Part shown: piece after piece, positions 55,287 to 64,000 of the stretch
Layout of the letters: each line of letters opens with the position of its first letter
Numbering within the stretch: position 1 is the stretch's first letter
NCBI GenBank assembly: GCA_017517035.1
Contig: JAFXAN010000122.1
Span: forward strand, 16,201-80,200
DNA length: 64,000 bases
DNA from: Clostridia bacterium
GTDB taxonomy: Bacteria; Bacillota; Clostridia; Oscillospirales; CAG-272
Direction of reading: 5' to 3'
Notes under the pieces: generated by a model
The model's input: the letters and a program-made list of their open reading frames with translations, nothing else
What the model was told of the DNA's origin: nothing
Databases searched by the model: none
Made by a program: the position numbers and the translations under genes

Positions 55287-55957
55287 GGAAGCTCTCTTTT
55301 CTTATAGCTCTGCTTGTCCTTTTTTCAATCTGTATTTCGGCAGAGGAAGCGAAGATAACCTATCGCAGAACAGATAACGGCGATATGAAGATCGCTCTTA
55401 CCTTTGATGATGGTCCTCATCCTTATTATACCGCTGAAATACTTGAAATTCTAAAGGAATATAATGTCAAAGCAACCTTTTTCTTTGTGGGACAGAATAT
55501 CGAAAATTATCCCGATGCGGCAGAGCAGGTATATCTTGCGGGGCACGAGATCGGAAATCACACCTATACTCATCATAGGGTCAGAGCCATGGAGAGGGGA
55601 GAGCTTGTCCGTGAGCTTGAACGCTGTGATGATGAGATATATAGGCTCTATGAATACAGAACAAGACTGTTCAGACCTCCCGAGGGAGCATTTGACGATG
55701 ATGTTGAGAGTATCGCACGAAATATGGACTATTCGATAATTCTCTGGTCGGTGGATACCCGTGATTGGGAGGGGAACACCCCTATAAAGATATATCAGAA
55801 TGTGATCGACCATGTGAGAAGCGGAGATATAATACTCATGCATGATTATATCGGCAGGAACAGCCCAACTCCCGATGCACTTCGCATGATAATTCCAAAG
55901 CTTATTGAAATGGGATATAGCTTTGTCAGCGTCAGTGAGCTTATATCGGGCGGCTGA
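55283..55957 (+). CDS. polysaccharide deacetylase family protein (NodB domain)
   Basis: ALTFDDGPH, GNHTYTH, LFRPPEG and LMHD. ATGA overlap with the upstream gene. Confidence 0.8.
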   Translation: MRKLSFLIALLVLFSICISAEEAKITYRRTDNGDMKIALTFDDGPHPYYTAEILEILKEYNVKATFFFVGQNIENYPDAAEQVYLAGHEIGNHTYTHHRVRAMERGELVRELERCDDEIYRLYEYRTRLFRPPEGAFDDDVESIARNMDYSIILWSVDTRDWEGNTPIKIYQNVIDHVRSGDIILMHDYIGRNSPTPDALRMIIPKLIEMGYSFVSVSELISGG

Positions 55958-55972
55958 CCTTCGGGTCAGCCG
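55951..55972. terminator. bidirectional hairpin
   Basis: CGGCTGACC-TTCG-GGTCAGCCG spanning the stop codon. Confidence 0.55.
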
Positions 55973-55978
55973 TTATAC

Positions 55979-56935
55979 TTATTCCTCTGAAGCTGTGGTC
56001 TGAGGATCTATCATATATTTCTGAATATTTGGATATGCCGCATAAGCGGAGATAAAGGATGAGAAAGAAAGCAGATAAAATGCGGGGAGAATGAGGGGAA
56101 TGATCGAGCCTGTTGGAACAAAGATCACTGCAAGAAGCAGATTGATACCCACGAGCAGAATTATTCCAAGCACTCCCATGATATTTCTCTTTATTCCGAG
56201 AATAACGAAAATAAGCGCATTTTTTAAGAGCTTGTATATCGAAAGATCAAAGGTTATGAGCATGATGTAAAGATAGAATCGCATGAAGAAATAGACAATA
56301 GCGATTCCGATGGTGCAGAAATACATAAGGTCATTTGTGAAGCTTCCCGAAAGTCCGGTGAAATACATAATATCAAATCCGAGAACGCCGATAACGGCAA
56401 AATCAAGCAGACCCATGAGAAGCCCTTGCTTTAAATTGCGCTTAATGGCATAGAAATAATCAGACCACATAAATATTGGCTCGCCTCTCACCATAGAACG
56501 GATAACATATGTTGAGCCGATATTCTGCCAGCCCCATGTTATGGCAAGAAGGAGCAAAATTGCGCCCACTGCGATAAAGATCGGAGAATTATGAACGGGA
56601 AGCGAAACCGTTGTCCCGAAATGATTGCTCATTAGCGTAATTGCGGGTGAACCCGAGATCAGCTCGATTCCGTAAAGGGCGGGTGAGAGCACATTTGTTT
56701 GAGAGGGCGTTGTTGGACCCTGGATATAAACGAAAACGGCAATGATTATCGGTATCGCCATGAAAAGCATCATCAGATTGAGGGTAAGCAGCTTTGAAAA
56801 ATTGCGTCCCAGAAGCTTGAAGAAAAATTTGATCCCTTTTGGACCTTTCTGTTCAAGCTCGATCTCCTCGGCTGTGATCTCCTTTTTTTCTTTTCTTGGA
56901 AAAATTCCAAATATCTTATTGTTTTTGTTGTCCAT
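55979..56935 (-). CDS. integral membrane protein, YesL/DUF624-like (tentative)
   Basis: Polytopic protein. The N-terminal FFFKLLGRNFSKLLTLNLMMLFMAIPII resembles DUF624. Confidence 0.4.
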   Translation of the reverse strand: MDNKNNKIFGIFPRKEKKEITAEEIELEQKGPKGIKFFFKLLGRNFSKLLTLNLMMLFMAIPIIIAVFVYIQGPTTPSQTNVLSPALYGIELISGSPAITLMSNHFGTTVSLPVHNSPIFIAVGAILLLLAITWGWQNIGSTYVIRSMVRGEPIFMWSDYFYAIKRNLKQGLLMGLLDFAVIGVLGFDIMYFTGLSGSFTNDLMYFCTIGIAIVYFFMRFYLYIMLITFDLSIYKLLKNALIFVILGIKRNIMGVLGIILLVGINLLLAVIFVPTGSIIPLILPAFYLLSFSSFISAYAAYPNIQKYMIDPQTTASEE

Positions 56936-56957
56936 TTTTTTGTGAAATTCCTTTCGT

Positions 56958-57608
56958 TCAGAGAAGAGAGCATTTTTGTATGCTCATAAAGATCAGATAT
57001 AATGTATGGATAATTGCGGAAAAACCCGCAGTGCTTATCATGGTGAGAATAAATATCTTTGATTCTCGGTGGAAAAACGGATGCCTTTCGATCCTGAAAA
57101 TATCCGAGAATCGGTATGAAAAATCCTCGCTCTGCATTGTACAGAATATAAGAGCGGTAAGGATGGCAAGCTTGCTCATGGCAAAAAGTGCAAAAGCACC
57201 GCTGCCGCCGCTCATTAAATTGTCTTTTATCAGAAGGTCGAAAACGAATGCACCGCACCATCCGAGAATAGCGGAATATATGGTTATAGCAGCTTTGCAA
57301 AGGGGGGATGACAGCATGGTATAACCGAAAAATGCTATGAAAGAAATGAATAGCATATCAAAAAGAGCATATCTTGCGATGGCAAAAACACATTGAAGGA
57401 AGCTCTTATCCTTGAAAAAAGCCCCGAAATGCGTTAAAATAACAGGATAAATGCTCTCATTTCCAAAAAGAAAATGAAGCATATAGCCGCAAAAAAGACC
57501 GAGAAGGCAAATGGAAATAAGCTTTGTTATTCTTCCTAAAATGATTTTTCTTATCGGTGTAAATTTTAAAATTCTTAAAGCAAGTGCGTCCTTATATTCG
57601 CCCGTCAT
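56958..57608 (-). CDS. integral membrane protein, possibly stage II sporulation protein M
   Basis: About 5 TM segments and 216 aa, adjacent to a XerD-like gene as spoIIM often is. No motif proof. Confidence 0.35.
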   Translation of the reverse strand: MTGEYKDALALRILKFTPIRKIILGRITKLISICLLGLFCGYMLHFLFGNESIYPVILTHFGAFFKDKSFLQCVFAIARYALFDMLFISFIAFFGYTMLSSPLCKAAITIYSAILGWCGAFVFDLLIKDNLMSGGSGAFALFAMSKLAILTALIFCTMQSEDFSYRFSDIFRIERHPFFHRESKIFILTMISTAGFSAIIHTLYLIFMSIQKCSLL

Positions 57609-57750
57609 GATCCTTCCTCATATAATTGTTATTACAATCTATGAGGAAAAAGAAAATTTTATCACACTATCATGCAATATGATACCATATTCCGACAGAA
57701 AAAGCAAGAAAAAGCGAAAAAATTCACCATATTTTCAGATAAAAAAACAA

Positions 57751-58806
57751 TTATTCGTTTTTTTCTTCACTGTCACTTAGCTTTTTCAGCTCATGAACCT
57801 TTGGAGGTTTGACTCTTGCAAGTGGGTTTTGCGCCATAGCATCCTCCATGCTTTGGTTGCTCACATGAGTATATATCTGGGTGGTGTTGAGCTGCTCATG
57901 ACCGAGTATATCTTTTAAGGTTCTGACATCAACATTTCCGGATTGATACATGAGAGTTGCTGCCGTGTGGCGAAGCTTATGTACGGAATATCCTCTGTTT
58001 GAAAGTCCTGCTGCATCAAGATATTTTTTCACCATCCATTGAATGGTTTTAACGCTTATGGGATCATTCCTTCCTCTTCCGCTCAGAAATAGGATCTTTG
58101 TTTCGACATCTCTGTATTTTGCATCAAGCCGCTCTGAAAGGTAATCCCCCAGTGCCATTCTGCAGGCATCATTTAGATAAATGATTCTTTCCTTGCTTCC
58201 TTTACCCGTAACTCGAAGAGAACGAAGCTCCGAATCAATATCGGTGATCTTGATTCCCGCAAGCTCACTCAGTCGCATTCCGCAGTTCAGAAATAGGGTA
58301 ATAATGCAGTAATCCCTGATCCTCGTTGCAGAAAGCTCGTCATTTTTAACAGCCTCAAGAAGCATCAGGCTCTCGTCAAGTGACATTACCTTCGGAAGTG
58401 CCTTCTTCTTTTTTGGTGACTCTATATCAGAAGTTGGATTCTCCTTAAATTCATGTTTTTTGTTTACATAATACTTATAAAGCGCTTTTATGGCTGATAG
58501 CTTTCGTGATCTTGCGGCAGACTCGTTTCCTCTGTCATCGCTTGTGTATTTAAGAAATCCGTATATCTCCATTGTTGTGACGCTTTTTATCATTTCAAGA
58601 TCAACACCGTGAAGGTCGATCTTGTTGAAATCCTCGCCCCAAGGCTTCATTCCGTTTCTTGTTGCGATTATATATCTGAAAAATGTGCGCAGGTCTGTCA
58701 TATATTCGCTGACAGTCTTTTTCGAGCAGTTCTGTATGGCGGACTTGTAGGTTGCAAATTCTCGGAGGGCATCCGAAAATTCGCCAAGGTCGATTGTATA
58801 TGGCAT
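57751..58806 (-). CDS. tyrosine recombinase, XerC/XerD family
   Basis: RMSELAGI, HKLRHTAATLMY and LGHEQLNTTQIYTHV. Confidence 0.85.
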   Translation of the reverse strand: MPYTIDLGEFSDALREFATYKSAIQNCSKKTVSEYMTDLRTFFRYIIATRNGMKPWGEDFNKIDLHGVDLEMIKSVTTMEIYGFLKYTSDDRGNESAARSRKLSAIKALYKYYVNKKHEFKENPTSDIESPKKKKALPKVMSLDESLMLLEAVKNDELSATRIRDYCIITLFLNCGMRLSELAGIKITDIDSELRSLRVTGKGSKERIIYLNDACRMALGDYLSERLDAKYRDVETKILFLSGRGRNDPISVKTIQWMVKKYLDAAGLSNRGYSVHKLRHTAATLMYQSGNVDVRTLKDILGHEQLNTTQIYTHVSNQSMEDAMAQNPLARVKPPKVHELKKLSDSEEKNE

Positions 58807-58919
58807 AGGGTTCTCCTTTCAGAAAAGAAGTGTATAAAATGTAAATTTTGTCTTTTTTGCTTGCGATTTTCGGGCAAATCAATTATAATATTCTTTAGTA
58901 AAAAATAGGAGTGTTGATT

Positions 58920-59510
58920 ATGCTTAATAAATTCAAAGAATTTTGGAAAAACTATTCATATGGCACTGTCAGGATCTTTGTGGATCAGATCGCAATTGCC
59001 ATATTCGGTCTGGCATTGTCCCTTGGAACATCTGCCGCAAGCCCACATATGGGAGAGGAAACCGCAAAGATGCTTACCGTTATTGCAAGCGTATTTTCGA
59101 TATTGTTCTTTCTTTTTATGGTCGGTGAGCTTTGCTTCAAGGCAGGAGCGGGAGATAAGGAAAGAGTTGATAACGGCAGAGCGAAGAAGAACTCGCTTAT
59201 CGGTCTCTGGATGGGACTTCTTGCAAATGTTCCCAATTTTATCCTTGCTTTCGGATATACAGTTTTTTCTGCTATTCCGGCAACAGAAGGCTCGGTCTCC
59301 GGTTTCTTCGGGCTTGCTGCAAAGCTTGTTTGCGGTGAGTATCTCGGACTTTTGTCGATAAAGGTTGGAGATACTATGCTTAGCAGCATTCCTTTTGTAT
59401 ATTTTCTCATAATAATTCCTTGCGTTTTTGCTGCATGGCTGGGTTATTATCTTGGCGTTAACGGCAAGATAACTTTGAAGCCTACAAAAAAGGATATGGA
59501 AAAATTCTAA
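58920..59510 (+). CDS. hypothetical integral membrane protein
   Basis: ATG at 58920 with AGGAG 8 nt upstream, a TTGCGA-17-TATAAT promoter upstream, and 4-5 TM segments. Confidence 0.5.
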   Translation: MLNKFKEFWKNYSYGTVRIFVDQIAIAIFGLALSLGTSAASPHMGEETAKMLTVIASVFSILFFLFMVGELCFKAGAGDKERVDNGRAKKNSLIGLWMGLLANVPNFILAFGYTVFSAIPATEGSVSGFFGLAAKLVCGEYLGLLSIKVGDTMLSSIPFVYFLIIIPCVFAAWLGYYLGVNGKITLKPTKKDMEKF

Positions 59511-59570
59511 TTATACAAAATCTATGTATATTGTACCATAAAAATGGCGGGGAAGTCAACATATTATAAC

Positions 59571-59600
59571 AAAAAAATGCGGTTTTTGACCGCATTTTTT
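59571..59600. terminator. bidirectional terminator
   Basis: AAAAAAATGCGGT-TTTTG-ACCGCATTTTTTT. Confidence 0.65.
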
Positions 59601-60091
59601 TATAAAACATAATAATGAGGAACGATGTCTGCAAATTCACCGCTTTTAAGCCTGAACCCACCGGGGATCGTTCCGAGCCTTGTGAAGCCGATCTTTTCAT
59701 AAAGATGCAAAGCATATTTGTTTGTGGCGACTACCGCATTGAACTGCATGATCGAAAAACCAAGCTCCTTGGCTTTTTCAAGAGAATGGCGCACAAGTGC
59801 TTCTCCTATGCCCATGTTCTTCTTCGTTCTTTTGACCGCATAGCTTGCGTTTGCGATGTGACCGCATCTTCCCACATTGTTGGGATGCAGAATATAAAGT
59901 CCGCAAATTTCATCGCTTTCAATATCACAGGCAAGCGCTGTGAAGGATTGACAAAGGAAAAATTCCGCCCCGTCCTCTGTTCCGAGAGGCTCGGTCTGGG
60001 GAAAAGCAACTCCGTCAAAAACGACCTCATTCCATATTTTGGTGGCTTCGGCTGTGTCTGCCCTCTCAAATTCTCTGATGATAATTTCCAT
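59600..60091 (-). CDS. GNAT-family N-acetyltransferase
   Basis: A 163-aa ORF with KNMGIGEALVRHSLEKAKELGF (acetyl-CoA loop) and LYEKIGF. Confidence 0.8.
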   Translation of the reverse strand: MEIIIREFERADTAEATKIWNEVVFDGVAFPQTEPLGTEDGAEFFLCQSFTALACDIESDEICGLYILHPNNVGRCGHIANASYAVKRTKKNMGIGEALVRHSLEKAKELGFSIMQFNAVVATNKYALHLYEKIGFTRLGTIPGGFRLKSGEFADIVPHYYVL

Positions 60092-61029
60092 TATTTATAA
60101 CCGTGGGTGCGAATATAATTCAGCACGATTTCAAATCCCTCTGCGGTAAGGTTCATACCTGTTCCGCCATTGTCTAATTTTTCGATAAGTCCGCCATTTT
60201 CATCCTTGAGAACAGAGCGTGTATCAAGAAAACGAACGCCCTTTTCCTCTGCGATCTTCAGAATATGCTCGTTTGCAATATCAATCTTTTCGTTTGTCAG
60301 CTTTGAAATTTTCTCATTGACAGGGAAGATCGACTGAAGGATAAGCTTTGTTTCGGGAGAAGCGGAGATCAGCGCATCAACAAGAGAGGTATACTGTGAG
60401 ACAAAATCCTCCTCGGTGATCGCACGAAGACCTTCTGCACCGAGAGTAACAACAAGATATTCGGGCTTTGCAAGTGCCGCTGCATCAGCGATTAGCATTT
60501 CCTTTCCGCTCTCGGGATAAACGATCTTTTTTGTGAGGATATCCGCAATGGAAAGGGTTGCTCCCTTTGCAAACCAAAGCTGATTTGAGTCTTTTCCGTC
60601 CTTCAGTATTCCATAGCTTTTAAGTCCGTATGAGGTCGCATCTCCGAGGAAAATCAGAGAATCTATATATTTTTCGCCCATATCCTCGCTCTCGGCAAGA
60701 ACTGTCGGAAGAGGCTCTTCTAGAACAGGCTCGGTGACAATTTCTTCAGGCTCTGTGGTTATCTCTTCCGATATTGCATCTGTTTCGGTAACGATGGGTA
60801 AGGTGGTTTCTTCGCTTTCGGTGTCTGCTTCCTTGGTATTCGGTGTTGGAACAGCATCGGTATTACCGAAAATAAATGTCTCTGCTGTGCCGTCTTTTTC
60901 ATTTGGTGAGCTGTCTCCCGTGACAACTCCGATAACAACTGTTGCCACAACAAAAAGAAGTGCAATTGCACCTATTATACAGATCAGCTTAATAAAAAAT
61001 GAATTGTCGAAATTTTCGTAGTTTTTCAT
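60091..61029 (-). CDS. membrane-anchored SGNH/GDSL-fold protein (catalytic motifs degenerate)
   Basis: An N-terminal TM segment and acidic linker are followed by blocks that resemble SGNH: FLGDATSYGL, VVTLGAEGL and GTGMNLTAEGF. Confidence 0.6.
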   Translation of the reverse strand: MKNYENFDNSFFIKLICIIGAIALLFVVATVVIGVVTGDSSPNEKDGTAETFIFGNTDAVPTPNTKEADTESEETTLPIVTETDAISEEITTEPEEIVTEPVLEEPLPTVLAESEDMGEKYIDSLIFLGDATSYGLKSYGILKDGKDSNQLWFAKGATLSIADILTKKIVYPESGKEMLIADAAALAKPEYLVVTLGAEGLRAITEEDFVSQYTSLVDALISASPETKLILQSIFPVNEKISKLTNEKIDIANEHILKIAEEKGVRFLDTRSVLKDENGGLIEKLDNGGTGMNLTAEGFEIVLNYIRTHGYK

Positions 61030-61030
61030 T

Positions 61031-61441
61031 TTATTTTTCCTTTTTGTAGACGTTTTCGTAATCTTCGCTCTTTGCTTTTGACTTTTTTACTGCATTTATT
61101 GTAATGACGATCGCTGCATGGACGATTGCAATAATGATAACGGCAATGAGAATCGTTTTTCCGGGAAGATTATTGACGATCTTCATAAATACAGCGGACG
61201 AAGCAAGCACCGCTGCGAGGTGAAAAATATATTTAAGCGCAGGCGCAAGCTTTGGCAGGGAGAATATTACATTTGAGCAAGCGATAACAAAGCTGAGAAT
61301 AAACAAAGCAAGGATTATAACATGGTTAATACCGAAGCCGTTTGGCGCACCTACGAAGGAAACTCCCATGGCAACGATAAGAATAAGAACAGAAAAGATC
61401 ACACAGCATTGTGTCAGTATTTTTTTAAAAGCATTTATCAT
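61031..61441 (-). CDS. hypothetical membrane protein
   Basis: Four TM segments. Start is MINAFKK or an upstream ATG at 61471. Confidence 0.45.
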   Translation of the reverse strand: MINAFKKILTQCCVIFSVLILIVAMGVSFVGAPNGFGINHVIILALFILSFVIACSNVIFSLPKLAPALKYIFHLAAVLASSAVFMKIVNNLPGKTILIAVIIIAIVHAAIVITINAVKKSKAKSEDYENVYKKEK

Positions 61442-61600
61442 GATATCACTCCATTTTTGCATATATACCATATGATAACATATTTTTCGCTTTTTTTCAA
61501 CCTTATTCGAAACTTTTTTTCAATTTGTTCAAATTGCAACCGTCTTTTTCCAAAACAAACATAAAAACAAATAAAATCCTGCGATTTTGTTAAAATGTTC

Positions 61601-61629
61601 TTGACAAACTTGTGGTTTTGTGATAAAAT
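61601..61629 (+). promoter_or_regulatory. promoter TTGACA-17-TAAAAT (TGn)
   Basis: Reads TTGACAAACTTGTGGTTTTGTGATAAAAT. Confidence 0.5.
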
Positions 61630-61659
61630 TCAAATATATTTTGCATGGAGGATAATAAC

Positions 61660-62913
61660 ATGACAATAAATGAGCGTTATGAATATGCCAAAAGCCGCTA
61701 TGCGGAAATAGGCGTTGATACAGATAAGGCGATCGAAATGCTTTCCGGTAAGGCACTTTCGATGCACTGCTGGCAGGGTGATGATGTTAAGGGCTTTGAG
61801 GGGGCTGTCTCTCTTGACGGAGGAATTCAGACGACCGGAAACTATCCCGGTGCCGCAAGAAATCCCGAGGAGCTTATGGCTGATATTGATAAGGCACTTT
61901 CCCTTATTCCCGGTAAGCATAGAATAAATCTTCATGCCAGCTATGCCATTTTTGAGGATGGCGAAAAGGTTGACAGAGATGCACTCCAGCCGAAGCATTT
62001 TAAGAAATGGGTAGATTTTGCAAAGGAAAGAGGACTTGGAATTGATTTCAATCCCACCTGCTTCTCTCATCCTATGGCGAAGGGGGCAACTCTTTCAAGC
62101 CCCGATGAGAGTGTTCGTGCATTTTGGATTCGCCATTGCATAGCTTGTCTCCGTATTTCCGAATATTTTGCTCGTGAGCTTGGAACTCCTTGCCTTATGA
62201 ATATCTGGATTCCCGACGGAATGAAGGATATTCCCGCAGACCGTCTCGGTCCCAGAGCACGCTTCAAGGATTCTCTTGATCAGATCCTCGCTTCGGGCTA
62301 TGACAGAAGCCTTGTTGATGTTTCTCTTGAATCAAAGGTTTTCGGAATCGGTCTTGAGTCATATACTGTCGGTTCATCCGAATTTACAGTAAATTATGCT
62401 GCAAAGAACGACATTCTCAGCCTCATGGATAACGGTCATTACCATCCCACAGAGGTGGTTTCGGATAAGCTTTCCTCGATGCTCCTCTTTGGTGAAAAGG
62501 TTGCGCTTCATGTTACACGCGGCGTACGCTGGGATAGTGACCATGTCGTTCTTTATGATGACGAAACAAAAGAGATCGCAAAGGAGATCGTCAGAAACGG
62601 CGCTCTTGACAGAGTTCTTGTTGGACTTGACTATTTTGATGCAAGCATCAACCGAATTGCAGCTTGGGTAATAGGAATGCGCAATTTCCAGAAGGCACTC
62701 CTTTATGCGCTTCTCACACCCAATGAAGCTCTCGCTTCACTTCAGAATAATGACGAGGGAACCCGTCTTATGATGATGCAGGAGGAGCTGAAGTTCTTCC
62801 CGTTTGCTGATGTTTGGGCAAAATTCTGTGCAGATAACGGTGTTGATCCCACAGAAAAGTGGTTCGACGAGATCGACAAATATGAAGAAGAGGTTCTCTG
62901 GAAGAGAGTTTAA
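61660..62913 (+). CDS. rhaA: L-rhamnose isomerase
   Basis: Start at MTINERYEYAKSRY, with GGAGG upstream. Supported by SMHCWQGDDVKGFE and the HYHPTE metal site. Length is about 417 aa. Confidence 0.9.
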   Translation: MTINERYEYAKSRYAEIGVDTDKAIEMLSGKALSMHCWQGDDVKGFEGAVSLDGGIQTTGNYPGAARNPEELMADIDKALSLIPGKHRINLHASYAIFEDGEKVDRDALQPKHFKKWVDFAKERGLGIDFNPTCFSHPMAKGATLSSPDESVRAFWIRHCIACLRISEYFARELGTPCLMNIWIPDGMKDIPADRLGPRARFKDSLDQILASGYDRSLVDVSLESKVFGIGLESYTVGSSEFTVNYAAKNDILSLMDNGHYHPTEVVSDKLSSMLLFGEKVALHVTRGVRWDSDHVVLYDDETKEIAKEIVRNGALDRVLVGLDYFDASINRIAAWVIGMRNFQKALLYALLTPNEALASLQNNDEGTRLMMMQEELKFFPFADVWAKFCADNGVDPTEKWFDEIDKYEEEVLWKRV

Positions 62914-62948
62914 AAAATAGATAGCTGCCACCGGGTAGCTCGTGCAAA

Positions 62949-63011
62949 ATGGCACTCGAAATGTTCATCGTTAGGTCTTTGAAGATGGGCATACCGAGTG
63001 CCATGCTTTTT
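62949..63011 (+). terminator. long hairpin + T5 between rhaA and pnuC
   Basis: ATGGCACTCG (36-nt loop) CGAGTGCCAT-GC-TTTTT, followed immediately by GGAGGA and the pnuC ATG. Confidence 0.45.
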
Positions 63012-63020
63012 GGAGGAATA

Positions 63021-63701
63021 ATGAATTCATTTAAAACACTTACCAAAAAAGAATGGCTTTTATGGTCGATCTCTGAGGCGGTTGTGATCGCATCGAATAT
63101 AATAAGCGGAAAGATCGACATTGTAAATCTTATGGCAACAGTGATCGGTGTAACCGCACTTATATTCGTTGCAAAGGGGGATGTCCTCGGGCAGGTTCTC
63201 ACATTGATATTTTCGGCTTTATATGCCATAGCCTCATGGCGATTTCATTATTGGGGAGAGATGATAACATATCTGGGAATGTCCGCACCCAGTGCGGCTG
63301 CGGCAATAGTATCGTGGCTAAAAAATCCATATGAAAAAGGAAAAAATGTTGTGAAAATACATAGATTAAAGGCATGGGAGACTGCTTTGATGATCGTTCT
63401 TACCATTGCTGTCACAACAGTATTTTATTTCATTCTCGGATATTTGAAAACACCGAATCTTTGGGTCAGCACAGTTTCAGTAACAACAAGCTTTCTGGCA
63501 TCCTATCTGCTGTTCTTCCGAAATTCCTATTATGCTCTTGCATATGCCGCAAACGATATCGTTCTCATTATTCTTTGGATTCTTGCAACTATCAGCGATA
63601 TTTCATATCTTCCTATGATCTTCTGCTTTGTGATGTTCCTTTTGAATGACCTCTACGGATTTATAAGCTGGAAGAAGCGAGAGGGCGAGCAGGGAATATG
63701 A
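63021..63701 (+). CDS. pnuC: nicotinamide riboside transporter PnuC family
   Basis: Start at MNSFKTL, with GGAGG upstream. It has about 7 TM segments and C-terminal NDLYGFISWKK. Confidence 0.8.
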   Translation: MNSFKTLTKKEWLLWSISEAVVIASNIISGKIDIVNLMATVIGVTALIFVAKGDVLGQVLTLIFSALYAIASWRFHYWGEMITYLGMSAPSAAAAIVSWLKNPYEKGKNVVKIHRLKAWETALMIVLTIAVTTVFYFILGYLKTPNLWVSTVSVTTSFLASYLLFFRNSYYALAYAANDIVLIILWILATISDISYLPMIFCFVMFLLNDLYGFISWKKREGEQGI

Positions 63702-63726
63702 ACAAAATGTAAAATGCTAAAAAATA

Positions 63727-63755
63727 CTTGACAATGGAGTGTCATTGTGATATCA
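63727..63755 (+). promoter_or_regulatory. promoter TTGACA-17-TATCAT (TGn)
   Basis: Reads TTGACAATGGAGTGTCATTGTGATATCAT. It overlaps the 17-nt palindrome GATATCAT-T-ATGATATC. Confidence 0.45.
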
Positions 63756-63786
63756 TTATGATATCATGAATGAGGAGGAATTAATC

Positions 63787-64000
63787 ATGAAAGAAATTGT
63801 ACTTAAGAACAAAAAGAACGGAATGCTCGTGCTGATTTTGACATCTCTTGTCTATATTGCCTCGATTGTAGGGGTGATTTTCGGCGGCATGATCCTTGAT
63901 GCAGGCGGTTTGCCGGTGCTTTTCATAATCTCGCTTGTATGGCTCTTCATAGGATGGATACCGTTCCTCGGTCTCCGTGTGCTGAAGCCCCAGGAAGCGC
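63787..64000 (+). CDS. membrane protein, probably SPFH/band-7 family (N-terminal fragment, runs off window)
   Basis: GAGGAGG RBS, two TM segments, then LRVLKPQEA, which resembles the start of SPFH domains. Confidence 0.45.
   Translation, partial: MKEIVLKNKKNGMLVLILTSLVYIASIVGVIFGGMILDAGGLPVLFIISLVWLFIGWIPFLGLRVLKPQEA

Noticed and set aside
57751-58806. Tyrosine recombinase as the integrase of a mobile element or an invertible-promoter switch.
   Set aside because: The context is housekeeping-like: a membrane protein resembling SpoIIM downstream, and no phage or ICE genes. I found no flanking inverted or direct repeats bracketing a promoter. It is most simply a XerC/XerD-family chromosomal recombinase.
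62914-63020. NAD+-II (pnuC motif) riboswitch call.
   Set aside because: The conserved C-rich element I associate with that motif is absent. Only a generic hairpin plus U-tract is present, so it is reported as an unassigned leader rather than a riboswitch feature.
1-64000. Scan for tRNA, rRNA, tmRNA, RNase P, SRP RNA, CRISPR arrays, IS transposases and prophage modules.
   Set aside because: I recognised none in any intergenic region or ORF translation. Structured intergenic segments are better explained as terminators or the repeat family described above.

Overview
This 64-kb window looks like chromosomal DNA from a low-GC, spore-forming Clostridia-type Firmicute. The evidence is an alpha/beta SASP, SpoIID, a SpoIIM-like protein, PdaA, a dockerin, and the conserved yggS-sepF-yggT-ylmH-divIVA-ileS-lspA-rluD block. 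All calls rest on motif recognition in the supplied ORF translations and on reading the DNA by eye; no searches were run. I recognised no rRNA, tRNA, CRISPR array, transposase or prophage.

Layout:
- 1-5994: a DeoR-controlled six-gene sugar operon with an unusual enzyme mix.
- 6.1-8.8 kb: an AT-rich islet of orphan small genes that looks like mobile-element debris, followed by a SASP gene and a yjbR-type gene.
- 9.8-26.5 kb: a glycan (probably acetylated mannan) degradation locus. It holds three GH26 modules with three different surface-attachment modes, a giant CE7-LRR-GH26 protein, a GH95, BspA-type LRR proteins and a serine hydrolase.
- 27-31 kb: a sugar-phosphate isomerase, an NMT1-type ABC importer and a Crp/Fnr regulator.
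- 31-45 kb: sporulation and cell-division housekeeping genes.
- 45.3-49.1 kb: an AraC / SDR / glycyl-radical-enzyme cluster with no activase.
- 49.5-64 kb: SdpR/SdpI, GTP-PEPCK, a VTC+DUF4956 pair, deacetylases, a XerD-like recombinase, rhaA, pnuC and others.

Observations most worth a second look:
- A family of MITE-like elements with AAACAGTAATTT termini, always next to terminators.
- A 33-nt terminator duplicated around a hairpin-rich 241-nt segment.
- A G7/C7 tract exactly in the spacer of the sugar-operon promoter.
- The orphan glycyl radical enzyme.
- The bacterial VTC-DUF4956 pair.
- The GH26 paralogue set.
- An SGNH-fold protein that appears to have lost all catalytic residues.
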